This document shows positions 29,711 through 42,845 of a DNA stretch of 64,000 nt, piece by piece. Each line of letters begins with the position of its first letter. The first letter of the stretch is position 1. The DNA comes from Eledone cirrhosa. Lineage: Eukaryota. The position numbers were made by a program, and so were the translations under genes. The notes below the pieces were generated by a model. That model was not told the origin of the DNA, ran no database searches, and saw only the letters and a list, made by a program, of their open reading frames with translations. The stretch is from the NCBI GenBank assembly GCA_964016885.1, contig OZ024764.1:1550001-1614000 (forward strand), given 5' to 3'.

Positions 29711-30039
29711 GGGTCACCAGTTGATGCTACTGGTAACATGTATCCCAATACAACCTGTCCCATGGTCGGGTCGTTGGCGACTAAACTGGCAACACCACCA
29801 AGGTTTCTTGGCGAGGAGGGTGACTTTGGACATCCTGCAGGACTAAAATCAAAACCTGTCAAAGGGCAAAGGAGCTCTTAAGAGTCAATGGCCATCCAAA
29901 ATCACCGGGATATATATATATATAATATTTATAAATATTTTGTATCTCCAAAGAAATACAGTTTTAGGAAGCCATAGCTATGCAAACACCGGGGGGGGCT
30001 AACGCCCTCTGGTGATGTCCAGCAGAAGCAAGGGGGACA

Positions 30040-30083
30040 ACCGTCTATGCATTTCAGGCTTAACTGGCCTTCGTCAGGACGGT
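30040..30083 (-). ncRNA. Minimal type I hammerhead motif
   Basis: Reverse complement: accgtc-CTGACGA-aggc(cagttaa)gcct-GAAA-tgca-TA-gacggt. Confidence 0.85.
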
Positions 30084-30254
30084 CCCTCCCACCGCTTGCG
30101 ACTGCTGGACTAGAAGACAGGCGAGAATATATAGTTTTCTCGTCTGTGTAAATGAGGTGATTAATCTCATTTGCATATGAAGCTGCATAAGTTGGCTCAA
30201 CTTATAATAAAAAAGGAATAGGATTTCGCTTCAAGCATAGCTTTATACAATATC

Positions 30255-30583
30255 ATTTCATTTACGTCCGCTTTTTCCCTGCTTGCAAGGGTGGGACGGG
30301 AACTGATTCTGGCTTGATTTCTACAGCTGGATGCCCTTCCTAACACCAACCTCATTTACAGTGAGTGCTGGGTGCTTTTTTGCCGTGGGACCTCTACGAC
30401 CACTTTGCAGTGGAATGATAGGGACCCCAGTCCCTATCATCTCATTTCTACAGCTGAGTAAACTGGAGCAATGTGAAATAAAGTGTCTTGCTCAAGGAAA
30501 CAACACATCACCCGGTCTGAGAATTGAACTCACAACCTTTCGATTGCAAGCCCAATGCTCTAACCACTAAGCCATGTGCCTCC
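30255..30583 (-). mobile_element. SINE family A
   Basis: Near-identical to 25470-25808. Confidence 0.85.
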
Positions 30584-31557
30584 ACAATATGTATATATGT
30601 ATATATGAATTTCTCGTGAATTGACTGCTTCAGCTTCTTCTATACACTTACCCTGCTTTGCTTGTGTTCCTGCTTCTGCCTGTGCTGTACCCACCCTTAT
30701 GCAAGACTAACACCTCTTATCCGCACAGCTCCAATATCTTATGGTTACCCCAACCCTAACCCCAACCGTGCTGAATTTGGAGAATACTAAATCCCTTCTG
30801 AACCTTATTGCCATACTTTAAGGGCTAAATGGCACTTCTCTATATGACACCCCGGTTGATGCCTAGTGATATTGTAATTTATCTGCCGGATATCCCTACT
30901 TTGACAACTGTAATATTTGAGTGCACTGTGGCTCACCCTGTGAAACTAGAGGACACAAGAGTGTTTGTCATGGGAAATCATCTGGCCTATATATCTATTC
31001 GACTGTGACCAATGCATGCTTCCTCTCCTTGCGTTTGTGTGCCCTCATATGCATCTATGCCTTCCTCTCTCTCTTGTTAATTATTTTGTTAAATATATAT
31101 TTTTTAATGGCTTTTTTTAATTAGTTTTTAATTTTGATTTTTTAATTTTTAATTTATTTATTTATTTGTTTTTTTAATTTTATTATTTTTTAATATATAT
31201 ATTTTTTTAATACCTTTTTAATTATTAAAAATTTTTTTTTTAACTAATTTAATTAATTATTGTTATTCTTTATTTTGTCTTATTTATTTTTTATTTATTT
31301 ATTTATTTATTTTTTTAATTATTTTTAATTATCCTTTCTTTTTTCTTTTTTCTTTATTGCCTTGACTGATTCCTCCACATGCATCTATCTCTTGTGGGAT
31401 TACTTCAGTTTATTTTATTTTTCCTTATTTTTCCTTACTCCCTTATTATGTATCATCTCCATTCTCACTAATATCCTATGATCCTGTACCATATATCTAT
31501 TGTTCTTATGATGTAGGTCGGTAGAGTTTATCTTCATTATTGTATTTTTGCTTTCAA

Positions 31558-31604
31558 CGCTCTGATGAGTCCTGCTCCATGGTATGGATGAAACACTGTC
31601 AGCG
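31558..31604 (+). ncRNA. Minimal type I hammerhead motif
   Basis: cgct-CTGATGA-gtcc...ggat-GAAA-cactg-TC-agcg, followed immediately by AATAAA. Confidence 0.8.
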
Positions 31605-31739
31605 AATAAAAATCGATTGATGTTTGTGTGTGTTTGTGTGTGTGTTATTATACGTCCGTACGAAGCTAAAAAGAAATGTGTGTGTATATGTGAGTAAAAG
31701 AGTCACATATCAAATCTTATATTTTGTCTGATGAAAACG

Positions 31740-31890
31740 TGCTTAAACACCATTGTACCTTTGAAATCCAACACAGTTGGACGCTTGCTCTAATGACTTC
31801 AAAAGACTCTCAGCATTTTCCAGTGACCGACTGATCAATGCGATGTCGTCAGCAAAGTCGGTGTCGGTCAAGTATTTTGCTGGGTAGCCT
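31740..31890 (-). mobile_element. RTE-like LINE reverse transcriptase fragment
   Basis: Reverse complement translates to PAKYLTDTDFADDIALISRSLENAESLL (FADD motif). Confidence 0.7.
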
Positions 31891-32429
31891 CTGCCCTTCT
31901 AAAATCCCGGAGAGCTCAATTTGCTGGCCACTGTCACCGTGCCAGCAATGAAATCATATCCGCTCTCTTACTCTGGAACCCTGACTCCAGCCTGACTAGG
32001 AGTAGGAAGCTGTCATTCCCTGACGTTATCTCTAGGGATACAGGAATCAGTAGACAGGACCTGGGGGCAGCGATGGGGGACGGGGAATCCTGGGGCATGA
32101 GAGTGAGATCCATCATCTCGACAGTAGTCGACGAATGATGATGATGACCTTTGAAATATGTATAATAAAATATATATTTTGATTATGAGAATATTTTTCA
32201 TTTATTAATATTTTGAATAATATATATATATATATATATATATAAATTAATATATGATAAACATTTACATGTTTTAGTTGCAATTGACTAATAAAATAGT
32301 TAGAATGAAATATCTTAATTCAAATACATATAGTTTGCCTGTACGATCTAAAAAATAATAAATCAATACTCACAAACCCATATGAGCTGAAATAATTGTA
32401 AATGACCCCATTGAGTGTAAACTCTAAGT

Positions 32430-32461
<32 letters not shown>

Positions 32462-32582
32462 CTTTGTACACGGCACCAAACAGAATTATTTCTTTCATCA
32501 TTCACTCTCATTTGGGAATGGTTTTGTATGGCATCAGTTTGTGATTTGAACTCGGGAATTTTATATTCTCCGAGGGAGAAGA

Positions 32583-32664
32583 GCCTTCTGATGATAGCTT
32601 CCTTCTCAATGGAAGTCCGCTTAGATTTTCTGTTTATTCTGGAGCTTGAAACCGCGGTAAAGGC
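32583..32664 (+). ncRNA. Type I hammerhead motif
   Basis: gcctt-CTGATGA-tagcttc...ggagctt-GAAA-ccgcgg-TA-aaggc. Palindromic stem III. Confidence 0.8.
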
Positions 32665-32886
32665 ACATATAGTAACTACAGCAAATTTTAAAAAATTTAT
32701 TTCAAAACTTTTTCTCTATTTGCTAGACCTTGATTTTATATGTTCTGGCTTGTTAATTTATTAACCCGCCATAGAACCACATTGGCATATGGTTGGATAA
32801 TATTTGTTTCCCTATATGTATTTTTTACACGTAGGAATTCATACTTTATTATTATTATATACATATATATATATATATATACTTAT

Positions 32887-33230
32887 GGAGGCACATGGCT
32901 TAGTGGTTAGAGCATTGGCCTTGCAATCGAAAGGTTGTGAGTTCAATTCTCAGACCGGGTGATGTGTTGTTTCCTTGAGCAAGACACTTTATTTCACATT
33001 GCTCCAGTTTACTCAGCTGTAGAAATGAGATGATAGGGACTGGGGTCCCTATCATTCCACTGTAAAGTGGTCGTGGAGGTGCCATGGCAAAAAAGCACCC
33101 AGCACTCACTGTAAATGAGGTTGGTGTTAGGAAGGGCATCCAGCTGTAGAAATCAAGCCAGAATCAGTTCCCGTCCCACCCTTGCAAGCAGGGAAAAATG
33201 GACGTAAAATGAAATGATGATGATGATGAT
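32887..33230 (+). mobile_element. SINE family A
   Basis: Near-identical copy. Confidence 0.85.
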
Positions 33231-33533
33231 AATACTTAATACATTATCAGAGAAAGCCATTAGCGATACTCCGACCAACTTCCAACTCACTCAACTAACA
33301 TTAGGATATACCTGAGTATAATCCCAATTAAACGTTTGGGGTGCTAACTATACAGTATTGTGTGGATAATCAGCTGTATTATTTAATATGAGACATAATT
33401 AAATAAATCTCATTCTCCATACGATCGTTTCATTATAAGATTTCTACAGAGTAGGAGAAAAGTGTCCAAGTTATATATATATATATATAGATAGAAATCA
33501 CATGAATCAAAGTTCTGTTCAAACCATTTATTA

Positions 33534-33578
33534 GCTTACAATTGTTTCGTCCAAACCGAGGTTTGGAGTCTTCGGAGC
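33534..33578 (-). ncRNA. Degenerate hammerhead motif (core U to C substitution)
   Basis: Reverse complement: gct-CCGAAGA-ctccaaacc(tc)ggtttggac-GAAA-caattg-TA-agc. Confidence 0.55.
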
Positions 33579-34146
33579 AATTTTTCAATGGTTGTTTACA
33601 TACATGACCTCCTTTCCAACACAAGTGACATACAGAAACATATGTATATATTGATGCACAGTGGGGTGACATCCATTATAATATTTTTGCATGGCAATTT
33701 AAATTCAAAAATTAAAATCATATTAAGACAAAATTAAAACAAAATTAAAACAAAATTAAAGTTAAAATACAACATCGGCAGTTTACGAAGATAATGCAAG
33801 GGGATAGTTTGAAGTAGTTAGTGTATGCAATAGTTACACGTGGGGCATGCACGTGTGTCTTATTTATATAAGATTATTGTGCGGCAAGGTGTTATATGCA
33901 ATATACTTAATACTATATATATAAAGGAACGATCGACTTACGTCAAATCGGACCGAGAGAATAATGTTTCCGTTGGTCTTTCCAATTGCTAATACTATCT
34001 ATCGGTCGCAACTCCAGGTAGAAGGAGCAACGGGAAATAAAGTGTCTTGCTCAAGGACATAACGCATCGCCTGGTCCAGGAATCGAACTCACAACCTTAC
34101 GATTGCGAATCCAATTCTCTAACCACTCAGCCACACGCCTTCACTC

Positions 34147-34255
<109 letters not shown>

Positions 34256-34303
34256 AACTGTTTTCATTTCCTTCTTGTGATGTCTTATTTTTATCTACTT
34301 CAG

Positions 34304-34417
34304 TCGATGTATTGGGCATCATACCAAGGGCTCTGCACACGACTCTGGTGCTTCACCAACTCAGGGGACTGCGAGAAAGTTATACCAGCTGATGGTACAT
34401 CATGTGGATTACAGAAG
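34304..34417 (+). CDS. Protease exon, ADAM cysteine-rich domain (SMYWASYQGLCTRLWCF...PADGTSCGLQK)
   Basis: cttcag acceptor, gtcagt donor, phase 0 to 0. C..LWC and ADGT.CG motifs. Confidence 0.93.
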
Positions 34418-34687
34418 GTCAGTTCCCCCCTCTCTCTCTCCATCTATCTACCTATGTCTCTATATATATCTCTATTTATATATCTTCCTCTTTATCTATA
34501 TTTCTCTCACTCTATCTGTCTGTCTGTCTGTCTGTCTGTCTATCAATTCACTGAAAGGTGGGTGAATGTGGCAAAAATAGCCCGAGTGAATGGGCCTTCT
34601 CTGTATATAAACCTGTGTTGAGGAAGACGGGAACACCTACAAAACGTGCTCATGGTTTTGAGGGTTATACAATATATATATCACTAT

Positions 34688-36900
34688 TATAATAATAATG
34701 AAATTATTGTGTACAGTGCTCAGGTGCACTACAACTCATTAAAGGTGCATGTATAGTACATAGAATAATGTTCAAATGTCAGGAAAATGAACAGTGTACG
34801 AGTCATGATATACGAGGTGGGTCAGAAAAGTTCCAGGACTGATGTCACAAAAGATTTATTTCAAACCCAAACTTCACAATAAAAGCTTTCTCCTTTAAAG
34901 TAATCCCCCTGGAGTCTAATGCACTTTACCATCCTTTTCTGCCACGCTTGCATGCACTCCTGGAAGGATTCTTCCGGGATCCTCCGCAGTTCCGTCGTCA
35001 CGGCCTTTTTGATGTCGTCCACGTCTTCAAAACGGATCCCCACCGGGTCGTACTCGAAGATTTATGACTCATCACTGGTGATGACTGTCCCTAGCAAGTC
35101 TGGTTTGGTTTCAAGACGCTCGAGGATGTCCTGGCACACTTGCATGCGTCGACCCTTCTGGTCATCGTTCAGCAGTTTTGGCACCATCTTCGCGCAGACT
35201 TTCCGCATGTGAGAATCTTCCAGACGCTGTCCCGATTCATGCCCAGCTCATTTGCCATCAATCGAACAGTCAGCCGACGATCGCTACGCACCATCTGTCT
35301 CACACGCTCAACGTTGACCTCAGTTCTGGTTGTTGTGGGCCTTCCACTCCTGGGGTCATCTTCCACGTCCTCGCGTCCTTCTTTAAACCTCTTGCACCAC
35401 TCAAAAACACGCGAGTGTGACATCGTCTCATTTCCATACACTTGCTGCAGCAATCCCAGTGCTTCTGACGGAGTTTTCAAGTTTGTTCGTTGCCCTGGGC
35501 TCATTGCTTGACGACCTGAAACAGGACATGTATATAACATTATGAAGAAAAAAGTTTGATCGCTGCAGAGAGCTAAGATTACAGTTACATACTCCAGGGG
35601 GATTTCTTTGAAGGAGAAAATTCTTAGTGCGAAGTTTGGGTTTGATATCAGTCCTGGAACTTTTCTGACCCACCTCGTACATGTGTGTGTATGGGGGGAG
35701 GGGATATCAGGTGTAGTGTTGGTGAATTTCAGGAAGCATGGAGGTTTTAAAGGATGCAGTGTCTCGACAGCTAACAACTGATGTAGGTAGCTTGTTCCAT
35801 GGATGTTTTAAAGGATGCAGTGTCTTGACAGCTAACAACTGATGCAGGTAGTTTGTTCCATGGATGTTTTAAAGGATGCAGTGTCTTGACAGCTAACAAC
35901 TGATGCAGGTTGTTTGTTCCATGGAGGTTTTAAAGGATGCAGTGTCTTGACAGCTAACAACTGATGCAGGTAGTTTGTTCCATGGATGTTTTAAAGGATG
36001 CAGTGTCTCGACAGCTAACAACTGATGCAGGTTGTTTGTTCCATGCTTCAGCAACTCTAAGCGTGAAAAAATGTTTCTGAAAGTCATGGGAGCTGTGCTG
36101 TTTTCTGACTTTGTTGGCATGTCCACGTGTGTTAGACACATGGAAATCAAAAAGGTGCTCAAGGTTGTTGTTGGCAAGATGGTTAATAATGTTGTGGGTG
36201 TTTACCAAGTCAGTTGCCAGACGTCAGAGCTTCAATGAATCCATGCCCAGGGAAGTAAGGTGTTCAGAGTATGGTAGATGCCTGATGGAAGGTATTCACT
36301 TAGTTGCACGTCTCTGAACAGTTTCCAGGAGGTCAATATTCTGAGCAAGATAGGGGTTCCAGACTGGTGATGCAAATTCTAAGTGTGGCCACACCATAGC
36401 TATATATAGCTTTAAATAGATAGCTGGAGAGCGGCTGACATAGGTCTTGCTGAGTGATGCTAAGACACCCTCAGCCTTCTTGACAATTTTAGAGACGTGC
36501 TTCGTCCAACGCAAATCACTGCTGACAGTAATGCCCAGGTCACGTTCACAAGAAGACTTCTTGATAATAGTGCTATGGATGGAGTATGTGGACGCTGGGT
36601 TTTTACTCCCAAAATGCATGGTGGTGCACTTGTCCACAGCTAGCTTGAGTTGCCAATCTGTGATCCATTGTTGCATTGTGTCCAGGATTGCAGGCAAGAT
36701 CTATAGTGTTCAGGATCTGTGCTTTTGATTTCAATGTACAGCTTGATGTCATCTGCATATTTCAGTACTGTGGCATTCTTTAAGTTGGCATCTATGTCAT
36801 TAATATATGCCACAAACAAAAGGGGGCCAAGAACAGATCCCTGTGGTATACCAGATGACATCTCATACGGTGAGGAATGCTGTCCCAGAACCCTGACTAC
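34688..36900 (-). mobile_element. CR1-like LINE 3' fragment, interrupted by the mariner, with 61-bp tandem repeats at ~35740-36045
   Basis: RT motifs SGIPQGSVLGPLLF and YADDIKLY, plus PHLEFASPVWNP, frameshifted. Confidence 0.88.
34813..35677 (-). mobile_element. Internally deleted mariner transposon
   Basis: TIRs cgaggtgggtcagaaaagttccaggactgat with TA duplications. Broken transposase peptides: VFEWCKRFKEGREDVEDDPRSGRP and RFEDVDDIKKAV...CIRLQGDYF. Confidence 0.92.
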
Positions 36901-37105
36901 TTTGGTTGTTATATGTATTGTAATGTCTACACCATTTTTATTTAATTTATTTATATATATATATATATATACATATATATGTAGAAGGTGAGTAATATTG
37001 TAGAGCAATAAAACTAGGCATATATCAGATAAGTAGCACTCAACAGTTGGTAGAACTGGAGTATATATAAAGAAGAAATTAAAAGATGGTTAAAAAAGTT
37101 CCACA

Positions 37106-37175
37106 TATTTTATTATGTGCATTTCGAAAACAACATCATCCTGGGACAAAATTTGTGTTCTCATCAGATAAAATA
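37106..37175 (-). ncRNA. Type I hammerhead motif (inverted partner of 37594-37663)
   Basis: Reverse complement: tattttat-CTGATGA-gaac...gttttc-GAAA-tgcaca-TA-ataaaata. Confidence 0.7.
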
Positions 37176-37385
37176 AGGTAACATGATATGAGGCCAAAAA
37201 ACACTTGTCAACAAGAAAGTGTCCAGTCTACATATGACAAAAATATACGAGTAAGAGAAAAATAGGAAATATATATAAATATATATTAAAAAAAAAGAAT
37301 ACCCTCTATAATATTTGCACATACACCTCATCAATTTATTTTTTAGCCATTATTTACAGCTGTTTTCATCTTGACAGCGGATCAA

Positions 37386-37445
<60 letters not shown>

Positions 37446-37593
37446 TCTTTCTTTTTTCCTCTCTTCTATTTCTTTTTCCTTCTTCCTTTTTTATATATAT
37501 TTCCTATTTTTCTCTTACTCGTATATTTCTGTCATATGTAGACTGGACACTTTCTTGTTGACAAGTATTTTTAGGCCTCATATCATGTTACCT

Positions 37594-37663
37594 TATTTTA
37601 TCTGATGAGAACCCAATTTTTGTCCCAGGATGATGTTGTTTTCGAAATGCGCATAATAAAATA
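37594..37663 (+). ncRNA. Type I hammerhead motif
   Basis: tattttat-CTGATGA-gaac...gttttc-GAAA-tgcgca-TA-ataaaata. Confidence 0.75.
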
Positions 37664-37977
37664 TATGGAACTTTTTTAACCGTCTTTTAATTTCTTCTTT
37701 ATATATATGTATATATATAGTTATGTAAAAACAACATAAGGCAATTATTTCATTTACCAGTGGTTTCTTAAAAGAAACCTTTTAAATCTTTTAAGAAACC
37801 ACTGGTAAATGAAATAATTGCCTTATGTTGTTTATTACATAACTATTAAGCTCTGTAACCTACATAGAGCACTCTTTTTTCCTGGACCTTTCCGACGGAA
37901 TTACTTCATTTACACATATATATATATATAGTAAAGTTAAATAAAAGTCAAATGATTAAAATGTAGCTTCGTTTATT

Positions 37978-38032
37978 ACTGCTATATATATTTCAGTGAC
38001 AGCCATCTTTGGCTGTGACCTCTTCAGGCAGT
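37978..38032 (-). ncRNA. Type I hammerhead motif (inverted partner of 38256-38310)
   Basis: Reverse complement of the 38256 motif within a long inverted repeat. Confidence 0.75.
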
Positions 38033-38255
38033 TTGAATTAGTGTGGTACAGACAAGTACATATGTTGTTGAGGTGTATAATATTGTCAATACTCTGATAT
38101 GCCCAGTTCCTGGTTGGGTTGTTATTTCACTGAGGAACTGGAGTCATATATTCCTCAGTGAATTAACAACCCAACAAGGAACTGGGCATATCAGAGTATT
38201 GACAAAGTTATACACCTCAACAACATATGTACTTGTCTATACAACACTAATTCGG

Positions 38256-38310
38256 ACTGCCTGAAGAGGTCACAGCCAAAGATGGCTGTCACTGAAATAT
38301 ATATAGCAGT
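38256..38310 (+). ncRNA. Type I hammerhead motif
   Basis: actgc-CTGAAGA-ggtcacagcca(aaga)tggctgtcact-GAAA-tatata-TA-gcagt, followed by AATAAA. Confidence 0.8.
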
Positions 38311-38821
38311 AATAAACGAAGCTAAATTTTAATCATTTGACTTTTATTTAACTTTATTTTACATTACTCCGGAGTAACCAAACCAACCTGCGCACTTCGT
38401 CGAGTGCTCCAGCCTGCATACTGAGGTGTTGGTATACAACCAACATATACTCAAAATCTCTATATATATATATATATATATGAGAGAAAGAGAGGGGGAA
38501 CAGATAGGCAGATAGTTAGATAGATAAACAGAGGGATAGATAGGTAGGGTGGCAGTCAGGCAGATAGGTCGGTTGGTTGAACAAAGTCATCATAAATTAC
38601 TAGATATATGTTTGATAAGGATTAGAGGCTATTTATTTAAATGAACATAAAATGAAATACTTTGATGGCTGGGGGGACTGGAGGGAGGTGATTGATAATT
38701 GAATTATCTTTATGTAGAATGTTGTAATCAAAGAATCATTAAATTAATCATTTTTTACTATAAAGCCTCTCACTTTTCACGGGTGCTATGCTAGTATGGA
38801 TATACTCATTTATAGATAGTT

Positions 38822-39270
<449 letters not shown>

Positions 39271-39465
39271 TATAATAATTGTTTCTATTTTTGGCACAAG
39301 GCCAGCAATTATCCCAGTGTATTACAGGTACTTTATTTTATCGACCCCGTAAGGATGAAAGGCCAAGTTAACCTCGGCGGGATTTGAACTCAGACAGTAA
39401 AGAGTCGTAACTCTATGCTGCAAAGCATGGCGTCCGACCCTCTACCGATACTGCCAACCCACCAC

Positions 39466-39514
<49 letters not shown>

Positions 39515-39930
39515 GATGATTTCATTTATTAGCCACAAGGGCTGACATGTAGGGGACAATAGAAAGACAGGGACAGTGGGGGGTTTACAATAAGCTCGAG
39601 TAAAAGTGCACAATGGCAAGACTAATTTAACAATGAAGATATAAAAATATAAAATAAACTATATAAATATAACAAAATAAATTCCCCAATAGGGGAGGGG
39701 GGGGGGTTGACTCAGGCACCGCACCAGTCCTGAAACACCTGGTGCTTCTAGGGTACCCGGGAAGGGAACCCCTCTCCTCAAATTAGCCAGCCTATAGGCA
39801 CATAGTCAGAGTAGGCCCACTCACACGGGCCATTCTCGCCACATTCACCCACCTTTCAGCAAATGTACTGGGGGGGTAGCACTTCTCTTTCCACCCTCAC
39901 CTTCCTTTCCAGGTGAAACTTGAAAGAAGT

Positions 39931-39966
<36 letters not shown>

Positions 39967-41226
39967 TTTTCTTTATTAACCAGAAGGGTTGACATAAAGT
40001 ATAACATTAAGGGCAACACAGGACAATACAAATGGGCATTTCTGCATGTAAAAAAAACCAAAAACAGAGTATGTGACAAAAAAGGAAACAATGAAAAATT
40101 CCCCAGTAGGGGGGAGACCTCTGAGGGCTGCTTGTGGAGAAAGCCCACAAGAAAAGCCACGGTTACCTTGACCACTAGCGCAAATGCCCTCTTCCAGTTT
40201 TCCTCCTACAATGCTACAGGCATACACTCAGGGTAGACCCATTCACACGACCCATTCTTGCCTCTCTCACCCACCTTTCAACAAACTGGCTGGAGGTCAG
40301 CACTTCCCTCCCCACCCTGATTTTCCCTTTCAGGTGAAACCTGGAAAAGTTAATGAGGGGGTCACCAAAGAGGAAAGTACCAGTCTTCAACCCTTTCAAA
40401 CGTGTCCACCATACAATCAATAATAATAATAATAGTATAATTTCATTATATAAATTTCTAAGATGTAAAGTTTTATGTATAACACTGGGTGATGTGTTGT
40501 TTCCTTGAGTAAAACACTTTATTCCACATTGTTCCAGTTTACTCAGCTGTAGAAATGAGATGATAGAGACTGGGGACCCTATCATTCCACTGTAAAGTGG
40601 ACGTGGAGGTGCCACGGAAAAAAAGTACCCAGTCCACACTGTAAAGTGATCATTAGGAGAAAATTAGCGACGGAAATATATGCGATTATAAGTGTTATAA
40701 TATAACGGCCGCTAACAGGAAGTGTTGACATTTGATAATTTTAAAGAAGTGAATTTTAAAGATCTTTAAATAAGCTATAAAATATATTTAATCAACAGCC
40801 ACGAAATTTAGTAGATAAATTATGTAATATTCATTATTTATTCAAAGGCGGTGGATTGGCAATATCGGTAGAGGGTTGGACGCTATGCTTTGACACATAG
40901 AGTTACGGCCCTTTCCATTCTGAGTTCAAATCCCGTTGAGGTTAACTTTGCCTTTCATCCTTACAGGGTCGATAAAATAAAGTACCAGTAATACACTGGG
41001 TAATTGCTGGCCTTGTGCCAAAAGTAGAAACAATTATTTATTCAAAGTAATCCAACTTATTTTACAAACGGGATAAAAATAATATATTCTGGACGCAGTC
41101 CCGCACTCCTTACTTTATTATAGTTTAGATTGAAATTATACTCCAGAAGAAAACTGTTGAGTGCTTCTAATCTGTTATAAACTAAATTTGTTGAATTATC
41201 AACAAATTAAATAACTCATTGCTTTT

Positions 41227-41258
<32 letters not shown>

Positions 41259-42559
41259 ACATCCGCTTTTGCCTGCTTGCAAGGGTGGGACAGGTCCTAT
41301 TCAGCACAGCATCTCTGTCTGTCTCTTTATCTGTGTCTATCTATCTATCTCATACACTGCCCGGGCGTTACCGACCTGTGGGGCTATGTAGAACGACTGT
41401 TGTCGCGGGTGGGACCAATCCAGTTGACCACCGAGTCCATTGTCATCATCAAACCGCCAACCTCCTTCAAAAACGAGGGAGAGGCGGTTTTCCTATGTGT
41501 TATGGCTATGGCGAAAGAGGTTGTGTGGTGGACGAGGTTAAAAGGGCTGAGGTCAGACGCCTTTCTCTCCGGCGAGCAACTGATTCGTTTTTTCAAATAC
41601 CACTTTGGAAGAAGAATCAAGATGGAGAGAGGTGCTGTACCCCAGGATGGAGAGAGAGGCGCTGTACCCCAGCAAATGTTATAAAAGGTGGGTGAATGTG
41701 GCAAAGATGGCCTGAGTGGTTGGGCCTTCTCTCTATATAAGCCTGTAGGTTGAGGAAAGAGAGGAAGAGAGGAAGGGAGTTCTCACTCTTGGCGCTCCTG
41801 GAGATGAGGGTTGACAGAAATAACTGTTTCTACTTTTGGCACAAGGCCAGCCATTACCCCAGTGTATTACTGGTACTTTTCTATCTATCTATTTATCTGT
41901 AGCCCAGCAAATGTTATAAAAGGTGGGTGAATGTGGCAAAGATGGCCTGAGTGGTTGGGCCTTCTCTCTATATAAGCCTGTAGGTTGAGGAAAAAGAGGA
42001 AGGGAGGAAGGGAGTACTCACTCTTGGTGCTCCTGGAGATGAGGGTTGTACATTTTTTCGGGGTGTATACAACCCCTGTGTAACGCCTCCCCCCTATTGG
42101 GGATATCAATTGTCATTTGTTATTTTATTAATAGTTTTATTTTCATATACCTGTATGTAAACTCCCCATTGTATTTGTCCCCTTCTTTTGTGCCCTTGTG
42201 GCTAATAAAGAAATTTATCTATCTATCTCTATCATTATCATCATCATACGTCCACTTTTCCCTGCTTGCAAGGGCAGGACGGGTCCTATTCAGCACAGCA
42301 TCTCTCCACTTGTCACGGTCCTTCGTCATCTCCTCCATGAGCTTCAGTGATCTGAGGCCTGCCTCTCACCACCTCCGCCCATGATTTTCGTGGCCTTCCT
42401 CTACTGCGTCTTCCTTCCACTGGGATTTCTTGGCACATATTATATTAGCATACATACACATCGATTGACTTTCATCAAATGTTTCCATTGGTCTTTCCAG
42501 TTGTTAGTACCATCTATCAGTCACAACTCTAGATCGAAGGAGCAGCGTAGATATGCATA

Positions 42560-42594
<35 letters not shown>

Positions 42595-42845
42595 TCATTT
42601 TACGTCCGCTTTTCCCTGCTTGCAAGGGTGGGACGGGAACTGATTCTGGCTTGATTTCTACAGCTGGATACCCTTCCTAACACCAACCTCATTTACAGTG
42701 AGTGCTGGGTGCTTTTTTGCCGTGGCACCTCCACGACCACTTTGCAGTGGAATGATAGGGACCCCAGTTCCTATCATCTCATTTCTACAGCTGAGTGAAC
42801 TGGAGCAATGTGAAATAAAGTGTCTTGCTCAAGGAAACAACACAT

